Shown here: piece after piece, positions 1-9,800 of the stretch
How the letters are laid out: each line of letters starts with the position of its first letter
How positions within the stretch are numbered: position 1 is the first letter of the stretch
Source: a virus
Lineage: Duplodnaviria > Caudoviricetes
Direction: 5' to 3' (one strand)
DNA: 45,689 bases
Virus record (IMG/VR): IMGVR_UViG_3300025875_000051
Coordinates: 1 to 45,689 of that record
The notes under the pieces: generated by a model
What the model saw: the letters and a program-made list of their open reading frames with translations, nothing else
Databases searched by the model: none
What the model was told of the DNA's origin: nothing
Translations under genes and position numbers: made by a program

Positions 1-127
1 CGCGGGAGTGGCAGGCTGACAGCCATGCGGACGAAATACAGGACATTGCCGACGACGGGAGGAACGACTTTATGGAAGTTCACGGCAGCGAGGGCGAACT
101 GAAGGGCTATCTCGTCAACGGTGAGGC
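1..127. repeat. Terminal direct repeat copy 1 (identical to 45563-45689); circularisation overlap
   Basis: Exact 127-nt identity with the window end. It lies inside the TerS reading frame, and 127 is a common assembler k-mer length. Confidence 0.95.
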
Positions 128-326
128 CATCCAGCGATCGAAGCTGCGGGTGGACACGCGCAAGTGGATCGCGTCGAAGCTGAAGCCGAAGAAGTATGGC
201 GAGAAGCTGGACCTGACGACGGGCAACAAACCGATCACGAATGATCCGGTGGATATCGCGGCCAAGGCAGCGTCGCTGCTGGCCCTGGCGCAGCACCGCA
301 AGGAGAACGGGGAGGAACCGGAATGA
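1..326 (+). CDS. terS: Terminase small subunit, 3' part (gene starts at 45334 and crosses the junction; 184 aa in total)
   Basis: The joined ORF reads GRPLSFTPSIGEEICSRIATGESLRSIC...QYARARE..ADSHADEIQDIADD...RSKLRVDTRKWIASKLKPKKYGEK, a typical Sf6 gp1-like TerS. Confidence 0.9.
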   Translation, partial: REWQADSHADEIQDIADDGRNDFMEVHGSEGELKGYLVNGEAIQRSKLRVDTRKWIASKLKPKKYGEKLDLTTGNKPITNDPVDIAAKAASLLALAQHRKENGEEPE

Positions 327-1003
327 CGCATGAGGACAAGAGCGAGCCGATGGTCGAGCATGAGGGCATGGCGGTCCTCACCGACTGCCGGGCCTTCAAA
401 ATGGCGCCGGTGGATGAACTGCCGGAATGGCAGAAGCACGTCGTCGGCCAATCCGGCAAGGCTGTGTGCGGTGCGCCGCTGCATTCAATGATGTGGGCCT
501 TTACCGATTTCGGCCATGCTGAAGCCGCTATCCGAAATGAAGATCGGCTTCAGCCGTGCCCGCGATGCGTAGCTGCGGCGTTGGCAGGCGCGCTTGAGGC
601 GGCGCTTGAGAAAGCAAGCGGCACTCGGGCCGAAGACATTGACCTGCCCGAAGGCTACACTGTCTCGCACCGCCAAGTCACTCTCGACGACGAGCCGGAG
701 TTCGTGAGCTATCGCGAGAAACTGGACGAGCACATGAGGGCGCTGGTCGCCTCGGGTACGCCGGAGGCGACGGAGGAACTTGCGCAAATCCTGGACGGGC
801 TCGAAGAGACGACCGCGACCGAGCGGTTGCGCGAGGCGCGCGAGGCGGCGAACGAAATCCTCGCTCCGATTTGCGCGGCGGCTGGCCGGATGCTGGACGA
901 AGCGCCGGGCGAGGACGCTATTGCCGATCTGCACATGGAAGGGGTAGTAATCCCCTACGCGGCGTTCAAACGGCTGTATGACGCCACGGCGGAAGACGAG
1001 TAA
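323..1003 (+). CDS. Hypothetical protein, 226 aa, possible Zn-binding N-terminal half
   Basis: ATGA overlap with the terS stop; H..C and CPRC residues; acidic helical C-terminal half. Confidence 0.7.
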   Translation: MTHEDKSEPMVEHEGMAVLTDCRAFKMAPVDELPEWQKHVVGQSGKAVCGAPLHSMMWAFTDFGHAEAAIRNEDRLQPCPRCVAAALAGALEAALEKASGTRAEDIDLPEGYTVSHRQVTLDDEPEFVSYREKLDEHMRALVASGTPEATEELAQILDGLEETTATERLREAREAANEILAPICAAAGRMLDEAPGEDAIADLHMEGVVIPYAAFKRLYDATAEDE

Positions 1004-1017
1004 CCAAGGAGGACGAC

Positions 1018-1374
1018 ATGGCTTTGAATGACGAAACCGTTGCGCGCATCGCGCACGAAGTGAACCGCGAATGGTGCGCCTTTAACGGCGACAACTCGCA
1101 GCCCCGCTGGGGAGATGCGCCGGAGTGGCAGCGGTCGAGCGCGATCAATGGCGTCGCCTTCCATCGTGCCAACCCCGACGCGGGGGACAGTGCTTCTCAT
1201 GATAGCTGGATGGCGGAAAAGGTTGCGGCCGGGTGGGTCTATGGGGAAGAGAAGAACCCCGATGCGAACCCGCCCACGCATCATTGCATCGTTCCGTTTG
1301 AGGAATTGCCGCGCGACCAGCAGTTCAAGGATCGGCTGTTCCGCACCATCGTTCACGCGGCGATCGACGAATAA
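1018..1374 (+). CDS. Stand-alone RyR (ryanodine receptor repeat) domain protein
   Basis: Strong RBS AAGGAGG. The motif HDSWMAEKVAAGWVYGEEKNPDANPPTHHCIVPFEELP..QQFKD matches the RyR repeat. Confidence 0.85.
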   Translation: MALNDETVARIAHEVNREWCAFNGDNSQPRWGDAPEWQRSSAINGVAFHRANPDAGDSASHDSWMAEKVAAGWVYGEEKNPDANPPTHHCIVPFEELPRDQQFKDRLFRTIVHAAIDE

Positions 1375-1511
1375 CCAGTTACCCGTCCCTTGCTCCTACA
1401 GTGCGAGCGGTGGTGCGCTCGGTGGATTGCCTGCAATGCGGCGCGAAAGCGACGAAACCGAAGGGAACGGGGTGCATGATTACCGGGGAATTGCAGGAAT
1501 AGCCGACAACT
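1375..1511 (+). ncRNA. Candidate structured RNA element / attenuator
   Basis: Non-coding gap. Stem 1430-1437/1490-1497 is a perfect 8 bp, extended by 1419-1428/1498-1506. It contains a GAAA-tetraloop hairpin, and there is an alternative pairing 1382-1391/1461-1471. Confidence 0.5.
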
Positions 1512-1546
1512 GGGGCGCGACGGCTGTAACGTCGCGCCCCCTTTTC
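1512..1546 (+). terminator. Rho-independent terminator
   Basis: Perfect 11-bp stem GGGGCGCGACG/CGTCGCGCCCC, 7-nt loop, then CTTTTC. Confidence 0.8.
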
Positions 1547-1557
1547 AGGAGACGAAA

Positions 1558-1782
1558 ATGCTTGAGGGTACGCAAATGCTGGTCGATCGCGCAGTCACCA
1601 TGCGCAAGTTCGAAGGCAATCTGGTGGTGGGCGATGCGGCGGTCATTGAACTGTACAGCGGCAAGATCGAGAACTGCGTCGTCGTGAAACAGGACTATTT
1701 CTGGCGCTTCGTCGCCAAGGCCGCGTTCGGGCTGGTGGCGCATTACCTGACCGCTGGGATCGCACCGCACCCGATGCGGTAG
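1558..1782 (+). CDS. Hypothetical protein, 74 aa
   Basis: RBS AGGAG; fills the gap between two hairpins; hydrophobic C-terminus. Confidence 0.65.
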   Translation: MLEGTQMLVDRAVTMRKFEGNLVVGDAAVIELYSGKIENCVVVKQDYFWRFVAKAAFGLVAHYLTAGIAPHPMR

Positions 1783-1789
1783 TCAGCCG

Positions 1790-1826
1790 GGGCGCGGTGT
1801 TCGCAATGGCACCGCGCCCATTATTT
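1790..1826 (+). terminator. Terminator-like hairpin
   Basis: Stem GGGCGCGGTG(TT)/(GG)CACCGCGCCC followed by ATTATTT. Confidence 0.55.
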
Positions 1827-1842
1827 GTGATAAGGCGACCGC

Positions 1843-2190
1843 ATGATCGTCTCGCCCCTGATCGTCCTGCCCTTCCCGCCGTCCTCGCTCTCGGGCCACG
1901 CCAAGGGCTCCTGGCACGGCAAATCGGGCATCGTGAAGCAATGGCGCGATCGAGCCTGCGACGCGACGCGCGAGGCCATGCCGACGATCCCTGCGGAGGG
2001 CGATATTCGCGTCCACATCACCTTCATCCCGCCGAACCTGCGCGGCGACCGGGTGAACTTTCCGAACCGCTGCAAGCCGATCTATGACGGGATCGCGGAC
2101 GCGCTGGGCGTGAACGATGCGCGGTTTCTGCCGTCCTTCACCTTCAAGCCGCCAGCCGCGCCCGGCCTGCTGCAAATCCTGGTGTGGTGA
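1843..2190 (+). CDS. RusA-like Holliday junction resolvase
   Basis: LPFPPS N-terminus, I.V.ITFIPP, D..N...K..YDGIADALGVND..F. Confidence 0.7.
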   Translation: MIVSPLIVLPFPPSSLSGHAKGSWHGKSGIVKQWRDRACDATREAMPTIPAEGDIRVHITFIPPNLRGDRVNFPNRCKPIYDGIADALGVNDARFLPSFTFKPPAAPGLLQILVW

Positions 2191-3863
2191 TGGACGCCGC
2201 CAGCCTGCTCGCGAACCTTTCGGCGCAGGAAATCCAAGAACTGCTGGAATACCTCAAGCCCGATGAGCGCGCCGAACTGGAACGGCTGATCGAGGCCAGC
2301 CGCAGGGTGTGGAGCCCGCAGAAGGGGCCGCAGATGCGCGCCTATTTCAGCGAGGCAGACCAGCTTGGCTTCGGCGGCGCGGCGGGCGGCGGGAAAACTG
2401 ATCTTGCCTGCGGGCTGGCCCTGACCGCGCACCAGCGCGTGCTCTACGTCAGGCGCCAGAAAGTGCAGACCGAAGGCTTCGTCCAGCGGATTGCGCAAAT
2501 CCTCGGCACGCAGGACGGCTACAACAGCCAGAAGTCCATCTGGCACACGGGATCGAGCCTCATCACCATCGCGGGTTGCGACAATCCCGGCGACGAAAAG
2601 AAGCAACAGGGTATCGCGCGCGATCTGCATATCTATGACGAGGTGACGGAGCAGCGCGAATATCAGGTGCGCTACATGATGGGCTGGAACCGGACCAGCG
2701 ATCCGAACCAGCGCGTGCGAACGATCATGTGCTTCAACCCGCCGACGACGGCCGAAGGGCGCTGGGTGATCCGATACTATGCGCCGTGGATCGACCGCAC
2801 CGCGCCCAAGCGCGCCGATGATGGTGAACTGCTATGGATGGCGTCGATCGGGGACCGCCCTGACGTAGTGGTTGCGGATCATCGGCCCTTCGTGCTGCAC
2901 AAGGGCGAGCCGGTTTATGACTTCGACCCCGACGACTATAAGGGCGCTGCCGCGACGCAAATTATCACGCCCAAGAGCCGCACGTTCATCAACTCGCGCG
3001 TGACCGATAATCACTATTACATGGCGTCGGGCTATATCTCGCAGCTTCAATCCCTGCCGGAACTATTGAGGGCGCAAATGCTGCACGGTGACTTCCACGT
3101 TGGCATTGAGGACGATGCGCAGCAGCTTATCCCTACGGCCTGGGTCGAGGCGGCGATGAAGCGGTGGCGCCCTCGCAACGACAAGGGGCCAATGGACAGC
3201 ATTGGCGTCGATGTGTCGCGCGGCAACATGGGCGGCACGATGGGTGGCGGCGGCAAGGATCGCACGGTGATCGCGCGGCGGCATGGCGTCTGGTTCGATG
3301 ACTTCGTGTCGCTGAAGGGCTTGCGCGTCGATGATGGCCCGGCCGTGGCCAGTCAGGTGCTCTCGCATCGGCGCGACAATGCGGTGGTGCATATCGACAT
3401 TGTGGGCGTCGGAACCAGCCCTTACGATTTTCTGGTGGCAAATCACGTTCAGACGGTCGGGATCAACGGTGCCGCGAAGTCGATGGGCAGCGATGCGTCG
3501 GGCCAGTTGCGCTTCACCAATCTGCGGTCGGAACTTTACTGGCGAATGCGCGAGGCGCTGGACCCCGCAAACCCGCATCCGATCTATCTGCCCGACGATG
3601 CCGAACTGTTGTCGGACCTGACCGCGCCGCGTTGGTGGCTCACGCCTGCGGGCATTCAGGTGGAGCCCAAGCGGGGCAGACCGCGCGAGGATGGCCAGCC
3701 GACAGGGCTTGTGGCGCGGCTGGGGCGCTCTCCTGACAGGGGCGACGCGGCTGTTTATGCGCTGGTATCGACCCCGAAGCGAAATGTGGTATTCACCGGC
3801 TACGCGGGGCACCGGCCGCCGCAGCGCGATCGCTATGCCGAATTGGAACAGGGGCACCGATGA
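2190..3863 (+). CDS. terL: Terminase large subunit
   Basis: Walker A GGAAGGGKT, Walker B-like HIYDE, FNPP motif, nuclease GVDVSRG and SPDRGDA motifs. TGATG coupling to the upstream gene. Confidence 0.95.
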   Translation: MDAASLLANLSAQEIQELLEYLKPDERAELERLIEASRRVWSPQKGPQMRAYFSEADQLGFGGAAGGGKTDLACGLALTAHQRVLYVRRQKVQTEGFVQRIAQILGTQDGYNSQKSIWHTGSSLITIAGCDNPGDEKKQQGIARDLHIYDEVTEQREYQVRYMMGWNRTSDPNQRVRTIMCFNPPTTAEGRWVIRYYAPWIDRTAPKRADDGELLWMASIGDRPDVVVADHRPFVLHKGEPVYDFDPDDYKGAAATQIITPKSRTFINSRVTDNHYYMASGYISQLQSLPELLRAQMLHGDFHVGIEDDAQQLIPTAWVEAAMKRWRPRNDKGPMDSIGVDVSRGNMGGTMGGGGKDRTVIARRHGVWFDDFVSLKGLRVDDGPAVASQVLSHRRDNAVVHIDIVGVGTSPYDFLVANHVQTVGINGAAKSMGSDASGQLRFTNLRSELYWRMREALDPANPHPIYLPDDAELLSDLTAPRWWLTPAGIQVEPKRGRPREDGQPTGLVARLGRSPDRGDAAVYALVSTPKRNVVFTGYAGHRPPQRDRYAELEQGHR

Positions 3864-6800
3864 CCACGCCAACGAACACGCAGCTTCGCACCGCAGTTCA
3901 GGCGCTCGAAGCCCTGACCGGGCAGGCCACGACGGGCAATCTCGGGGACACAGGCTGGTGGCGGCGCTTTGCCGATCTGGCGGAAGCCCTCGCGGCGACG
4001 CAGACCGAAGCGAACGAAACCCTGACCGGCTACATGCTGCGATCCGCATTGGCGATCGAGAGCATGGCGGGCACCACGGGTGCCGAAGAGAACCCCGGCG
4101 AAGAGGGCTTGCTGAAGCGCATTGTCGAGGGGATGGAAGCCCTCGGCTCGGAGGGCACGGGGGATATGTCCAGCCGGTTCGTGCCAGCCGCGCAAGGCAT
4201 CCAAGGCATCGACGCGCTGCGCGAACTGCTGCTTTCGACAACGGTGCTAGCTGAGAACGCGCCGCTGGGCATGATCGCGGCGCTGTCGAACTTCCGCGAT
4301 CTGGCGCAAGTCGCACTGGTCGATAACGCCGATGGCCTGTTCGCCCTGAACGGCGACAAGATCGAACTGCTGCGCGGCCTCGACTATGAGACGGGCACGG
4401 TTCACACGCCTATTTTTGTCGAGACCAGCGCCACGGCGACGAACAGCCCGCGACAGACTGCCATTCCGATCAGCGTAACGAACGTGCCGGAAGAGACGCT
4501 TGAAGCGCCGACGCTGACCAGCAACACCATTGCCGAGAACGCGCCGCAAGGGACGCTCATCGGCGCGCTGCAATCGAACGTGCCCGGCTCAACCTTCACG
4601 CTGCTGGATGACGACGGCGGGCGCGTGGCGAAGCAGGGAACCGGCAACATCGCGGCCGGGCAGACCGGGCTCAATTACGAAAGCGGTTCCTCGCGGCAGT
4701 TTCAGGTTCGGGTGTCAAACCCCGAGGCGACCAATTCGCCGCTGTCGGCCTGGGTGACATACACGGTCACGAACGTGCCGGAGGTGACGCTGGGCGCTCT
4801 GGCGCTGTCGAACGCGGTCCTGACCTATGACGCGGCGATCGGCTCGCTGGTGGGCGTCATCACGGGCCTGAAGTCCGAAACCGCCGATGCCTATGGCTAC
4901 CTGAAAGACAACGCGGGCGGCCGGTTCAGCTATGACCAGACCGGCAACACGGCGGAACTGCGCGTCGCGGGCACGCTGACGCCGGGCACGAGCTACACTG
5001 TCGTCGTCGAGGAATACAACGCCGACGCCGATCCGTCGCTGCGCGAGCACACGTTTACCGTTCAGGTGCAAGCCGCGCCTCCGATCGAGCCGGAGCCCTC
5101 CGATATGGAGCCGCTCAACTGGACGAATTACGCGCAGGATCAATACAACACCTCGTTCTGGCACGCTTCCTACTGGCAGGATGGCAAGATGCCGACGGGC
5201 GTGACGTGGAGCCGGGCCAACGTCATCCGCAACGCCACTTCGGGCGCGGTCACGTTCGAACTGGATGCGCAGGGCGCGCCGCAGCTTCAGGGCGTGGGGC
5301 AGACGCCAGCCACCATGCACGGTTACTACGAAGTCGATGTGACCCTGCCGACCATGCAGAACGGGGTCATTGTCTCGCCGCTCTGGCTCTACTCGGGCAC
5401 CGCGACGGGCGACGAACTGGATATCGAGTGGGCCGGGCGCGGCGGGCTCGACTTCACGCTGCATCACTTCCTCGACGGCGATAGCGGCCAGCATGTCGAG
5501 CATCAGGTGCGCTGGCAGCCGGGCGCCTATCTCGAAGGCCAGCGGGTCACGCTCGGGATCAAGTACAACCTCGCGGAGCAATGGGCGGAGTTCTACGTCA
5601 ACGGCACGATGGCGGTTCGGATGACGCCTGCCGATACGGGCGGCTGGTTCCCGAAGAACGCCATGAAGCCCTATCTCGAAATGTGGCCAGTCAATCCGGC
5701 CTATGGCGGGCTGGTAAGCTGGGCAGGCGGCACCTGGGACGGCACGCCAATGTCGTTCATCATCCACGGCTATCGCTACACGCCTGTCCTGGCGACGTGG
5801 GGCAATGCCACGCTCTCGGCCAACACGGTCGCGGAGAACAGCGCGCAAGGCACTGTCGTCGGCCTGCTGTCCTCGCCGCTGGTGGGCACGACGTTCACCC
5901 TCACAAACAATGATGGCGGGCGGTTCCAGCGCAACGGGCTGGCGATCGAGACTGGCCCGACCGCGCTTGACTTCGAAGCGGGCAGCACGCGCACGATCGA
6001 GGTCGAGCAGTCGAACCCCGCCGCGTCACCGACGACGCAGCGGACCACGCTGTCGATTGCCGTAACCAATGCCACCGAAGCGGTGGTGCTCGGGCCGCTC
6101 TCCCTGACCGGGACCGTCATTCCGCACGACGCGGCGGAGCACTACGTCATCGGCATCGTGCAGGGGCTCAACCCGCCCTCGCAAACCTCCTACGGCTTCG
6201 TCGAGAACGATGCAGGCGGCCGGGTCTATGCCGCATACGTCGGCAATGATCTGGAACTGCGCGTCGGCGCGACCGCGACCACGGCCGGGTCCAGCTTCAC
6301 GATCCAGCTTGCCGAATACAATGCGGCGGCGGTGCCGACCAAGCGCGTGCAGGACTTCACGATCAGCAAGCAGCCCGCGCCGACCGGGACTGGCGAATTG
6401 CCTGCGCAGGAAGACCGCATCGACGCGCTGACCTACAACGTTACGACGGGCGAGCCCGCCGTGATGACGCAAGCGCAATGGGACGCGGCGCAGGGCTCCG
6501 AACATCACGCGATGCACGCGATCATTCCGATGGCGAGCGTCACGCACACCTCGATCAAGACGGGCAACTGGAACGATCCGACCGTGTGGAGCACGGGCAC
6601 GGTTCCGGGCGAAGGCGCGGTTGTCGTGGTCGATAATGACCATACCGTAACGTATAACATTTTCGGCGTCGTCTGGCTCAAGGACGTGATGGTCCACCCG
6701 CGCGGCATTCTGAAGTGGGCGCACAGTCGCACACGAATGCGGGTCGATACGATCTTTAACGACGGCAAGCTGCACGAAATGGGGGATTGGCTTAATCCGA

Positions 6801-9800
6801 TCCCCGAAAGCGGCATCCTCGACGCCAGCGGCAAGATCGAGCCGCAATGCGAGGTCGTGTTCAAGCGGACGCAAGCGCCGGGCGCGACGATGCGCCTCGG
6901 GCTCAACACGACATGCCCCGTTCGCATCTGCGGCGCGCACAAGAACAACCGGGCGGAAAGCGCCGCCTCGCTTGCGGCTGGCGCGACGACGATCACGCTG
7001 GACGATGTGACTGGCTGGGTCGTGGGCGATACCGTCATTGTCGCCGCCATGACCAACGCCGGGGTCCAGCGGGTCGATCCGCAATATACCGGGCCCACCG
7101 CAATCTACGCGCAGCGCGTCGGACAGGCGGGAATGCTGTACACTGACAGCAACGTCTTCGCGGGCAAGGGCTATCACCTTTCGCATGACGAAGAACGGCA
7201 TATCACCGCGATCAACGGCAGCACGATCACGCTGAACGCGCCGCTGACCCATGCCCATCCGGTCGTGACGCGCACGCATTCCGTCACCGGCAAGACATTC
7301 ACGCTGCGCCCGTGGGTCACGCCGGTAACGAAGTCGATCCGGTTCCGCTCGGCTTCGGCTGCGGAGGGCGGCAACCTCGCTGATCTTCAGCACCGCGCGC
7401 ATATCATGTTTATGCACCATGACGATGTGCAGGTGTTCTATGCCGAAGCGCGCAACATGGCGCGCACCGACACGAACCCGACGCTTTCCACCGATCAGAA
7501 CGCCGATCGCACCAGCAGCCGCGTTATCGCCACGGCCGATCCTGCGAACGGCGGCACCGAAATCCGCGACGTTAACAATGTCGTGGGTCGGTACGCATGG
7601 CACTGGCACCTCGCCAACGGCTCGAACGCTCGGAAGATGGCGGTTGCCAAGGGGTTGTCTGCATGGGCGCCTGCCAATGAAGTGCCGATGCCCGGCTGGG
7701 CGATGACGCATCACGGCACGCGGCTGTCGATGGAAGATTGCACCACGTTCAACACGCGCGGCGCGGGCATCGTCACGGAGAACGGCAACGAGACGGGCCA
7801 ATGGTTGCGCCTCAACAGCATGTGGAACCGGGGCGACGGCTATAACCCGACGTGGGGCTCGCGTGCGGAGAACGTCACGAACCACAATGGCCACGCTGGC
7901 GTCGGCTTCGAGAACCAGGCCCGGCAAATCCTCATGCAGGATTGCCGCGTCACCTCGTCGCATTACGGCTGGCTCTACCTTCAGCAGAACTCGCATGTCG
8001 CGTCGCGGCGGCAGGTGGATGAGTTTGCGCTGCGGATGCGCGATCCGCTCGCCTATGGCGATGCGGCGAAAACCGATCAGCAACGGACTTATGGCCCCGA
8101 AACGCCGCAAATCCCGCTGTTCCTGCACAATCATGCCTATGGCTGCGGGGCGATGTTCACCGTCTCGCACCGGCAATATACGGAGCGCGACGAGAAGACG
8201 CCGCTGATCTGGCGCGAGAGCCATGCGGTTGAGTGCGACCGGATGATCGACATTCCGCAGTACAGCTTCGACTACAGCTTTTACGACAGCATGGCGATCT
8301 ATCGCCTAAGCGGCTCGGCCAGCGGCGCGGGCATGTTCTTTGGCAACATCAGTTGGCAGTTCGTCGTCGTCGGGTGCCTGTTCGATCGGTACACCACGGG
8401 CATCGTAAGCGGCGGCAAGACCGAAGGTCTGGTCATCAACTACAATGGCGCCTTCGTGGACAATGCGTTCCCGAACACGCCAAACCAGTTCGGCGTGCCG
8501 ACGATGACCTTTTCCTCGGGCGACAAGCTGCCGCCGAACACGCACGCGCTGTGGGGCACCATGGGGCCGTCAACGCAGGTCGATAACGGCAACGGCACCT
8601 ATCAGGTTGTCTTTCACCAGTGGGTCAACTGGCTGTCGGCCACGCAACTGCCGCTGGACAAAAAGGGCACCAATTACCCGACGCTGGGCCTGACCGCTGG
8701 CGAGCCGGTAGCGAACGGGACGCGGCCCTATGTCTGGATTGACCCGACAAGCGATCTGACCGGCGACGCCTACAACACCATCAAGATCAAGGGCAAAATT
8801 GCCGATGGCATCGGCCTGCGGCACATCGGCAGCCACGAAATTTTCTACGCGAACGGCCAGTACAACGGCCTGGATAAGTACCAGCGCCAAAACTACTTCA
8901 TGACGGCGACCGACATTGCCAAGCGCAACGGCGTCTATGACGACGGTGGGACGATCAAATCGCCGCTGTTCTTCATCGACCACAACCGGCTGACCGGCGA
9001 ATATCTGGTCTATCGCGTCAACGTGACCCTGCAAGGTCTCTCGACCGCTACGATCGCGGCCTATACCGTTGTCCCTTCGGAAGTCGAGGCGCGGGTCAAG
9101 ACGCAGCTTGAATGGAAGCCGGAGAAAATCCCATACGCCAGCTTCGTGCCGCCGACCGAAGCGCCGGTCGTGCAGCCGGTTTCCCTGACGGTGGCTGGCG
9201 GCGCAAAGTTGCTGACCCGCATTTATTTCACGCAATCCTATGGGACGATCACCCTGACCGGCGCGCAGGCGTCTCACTTCGAAGTGGTCTATGTGGATGG
9301 TCTGCCGCATCTGCGCTGGGCGGGCGACGGTACGAAGGCAGCGGGCGCGACCTACGCTGTGACGGTCAACGTGGCCGATCGCTGGGGCAATACCGGAACC
9401 GCCGTGACCAGCGTGCAGGTGACGGGCGCGGCGGGCGTTGCTTCGTTCAGCGAGGACTTCAACGGCACGGCAGGCCAGTTGCTCGTCGCGCGCACCGGCT
9501 GGTCGAGGATGAGCGGCGGCGCCGACGACGATTTGTTCATCGGCACCGGCAATCGCCTGTCCTACAAGAACCGCACCAGTACCGGCTACTTCACCGGGCC
9601 ATCAATGGGCGGCGTAATGGACAACATCGCGGCACAGGGCAATTTCTACGATCTTACGCCTGACGTTTATCTGTGGCTCGATCTTGTCGGGACGGTGGCG
9701 GAAGGCGTGCGCTTCAGCCGCGCAAGTGACAGCACCATGCGCGTTACCGTCATCAATCCGACTGCTATGGGAGGGGTCAAGAACTACACCTTCGCCTATA

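Noticed and set aside
1-127. 127-nt terminal repeat as a biological DTR or att site
   Set aside because: It falls mid-terS and its length equals a standard assembly k-mer, so it is best read as a circularisation artefact.
1431-1475. Hammerhead ribozyme (GAAA-capped stem followed by CGAAAC and a stem)
   Set aside because: The CUGANGA core and the UH cleavage triplet are missing.
2190-3863. Intein or intron in TerL
   Set aside because: Normal length with continuous motifs; only short Gly-rich insertions.
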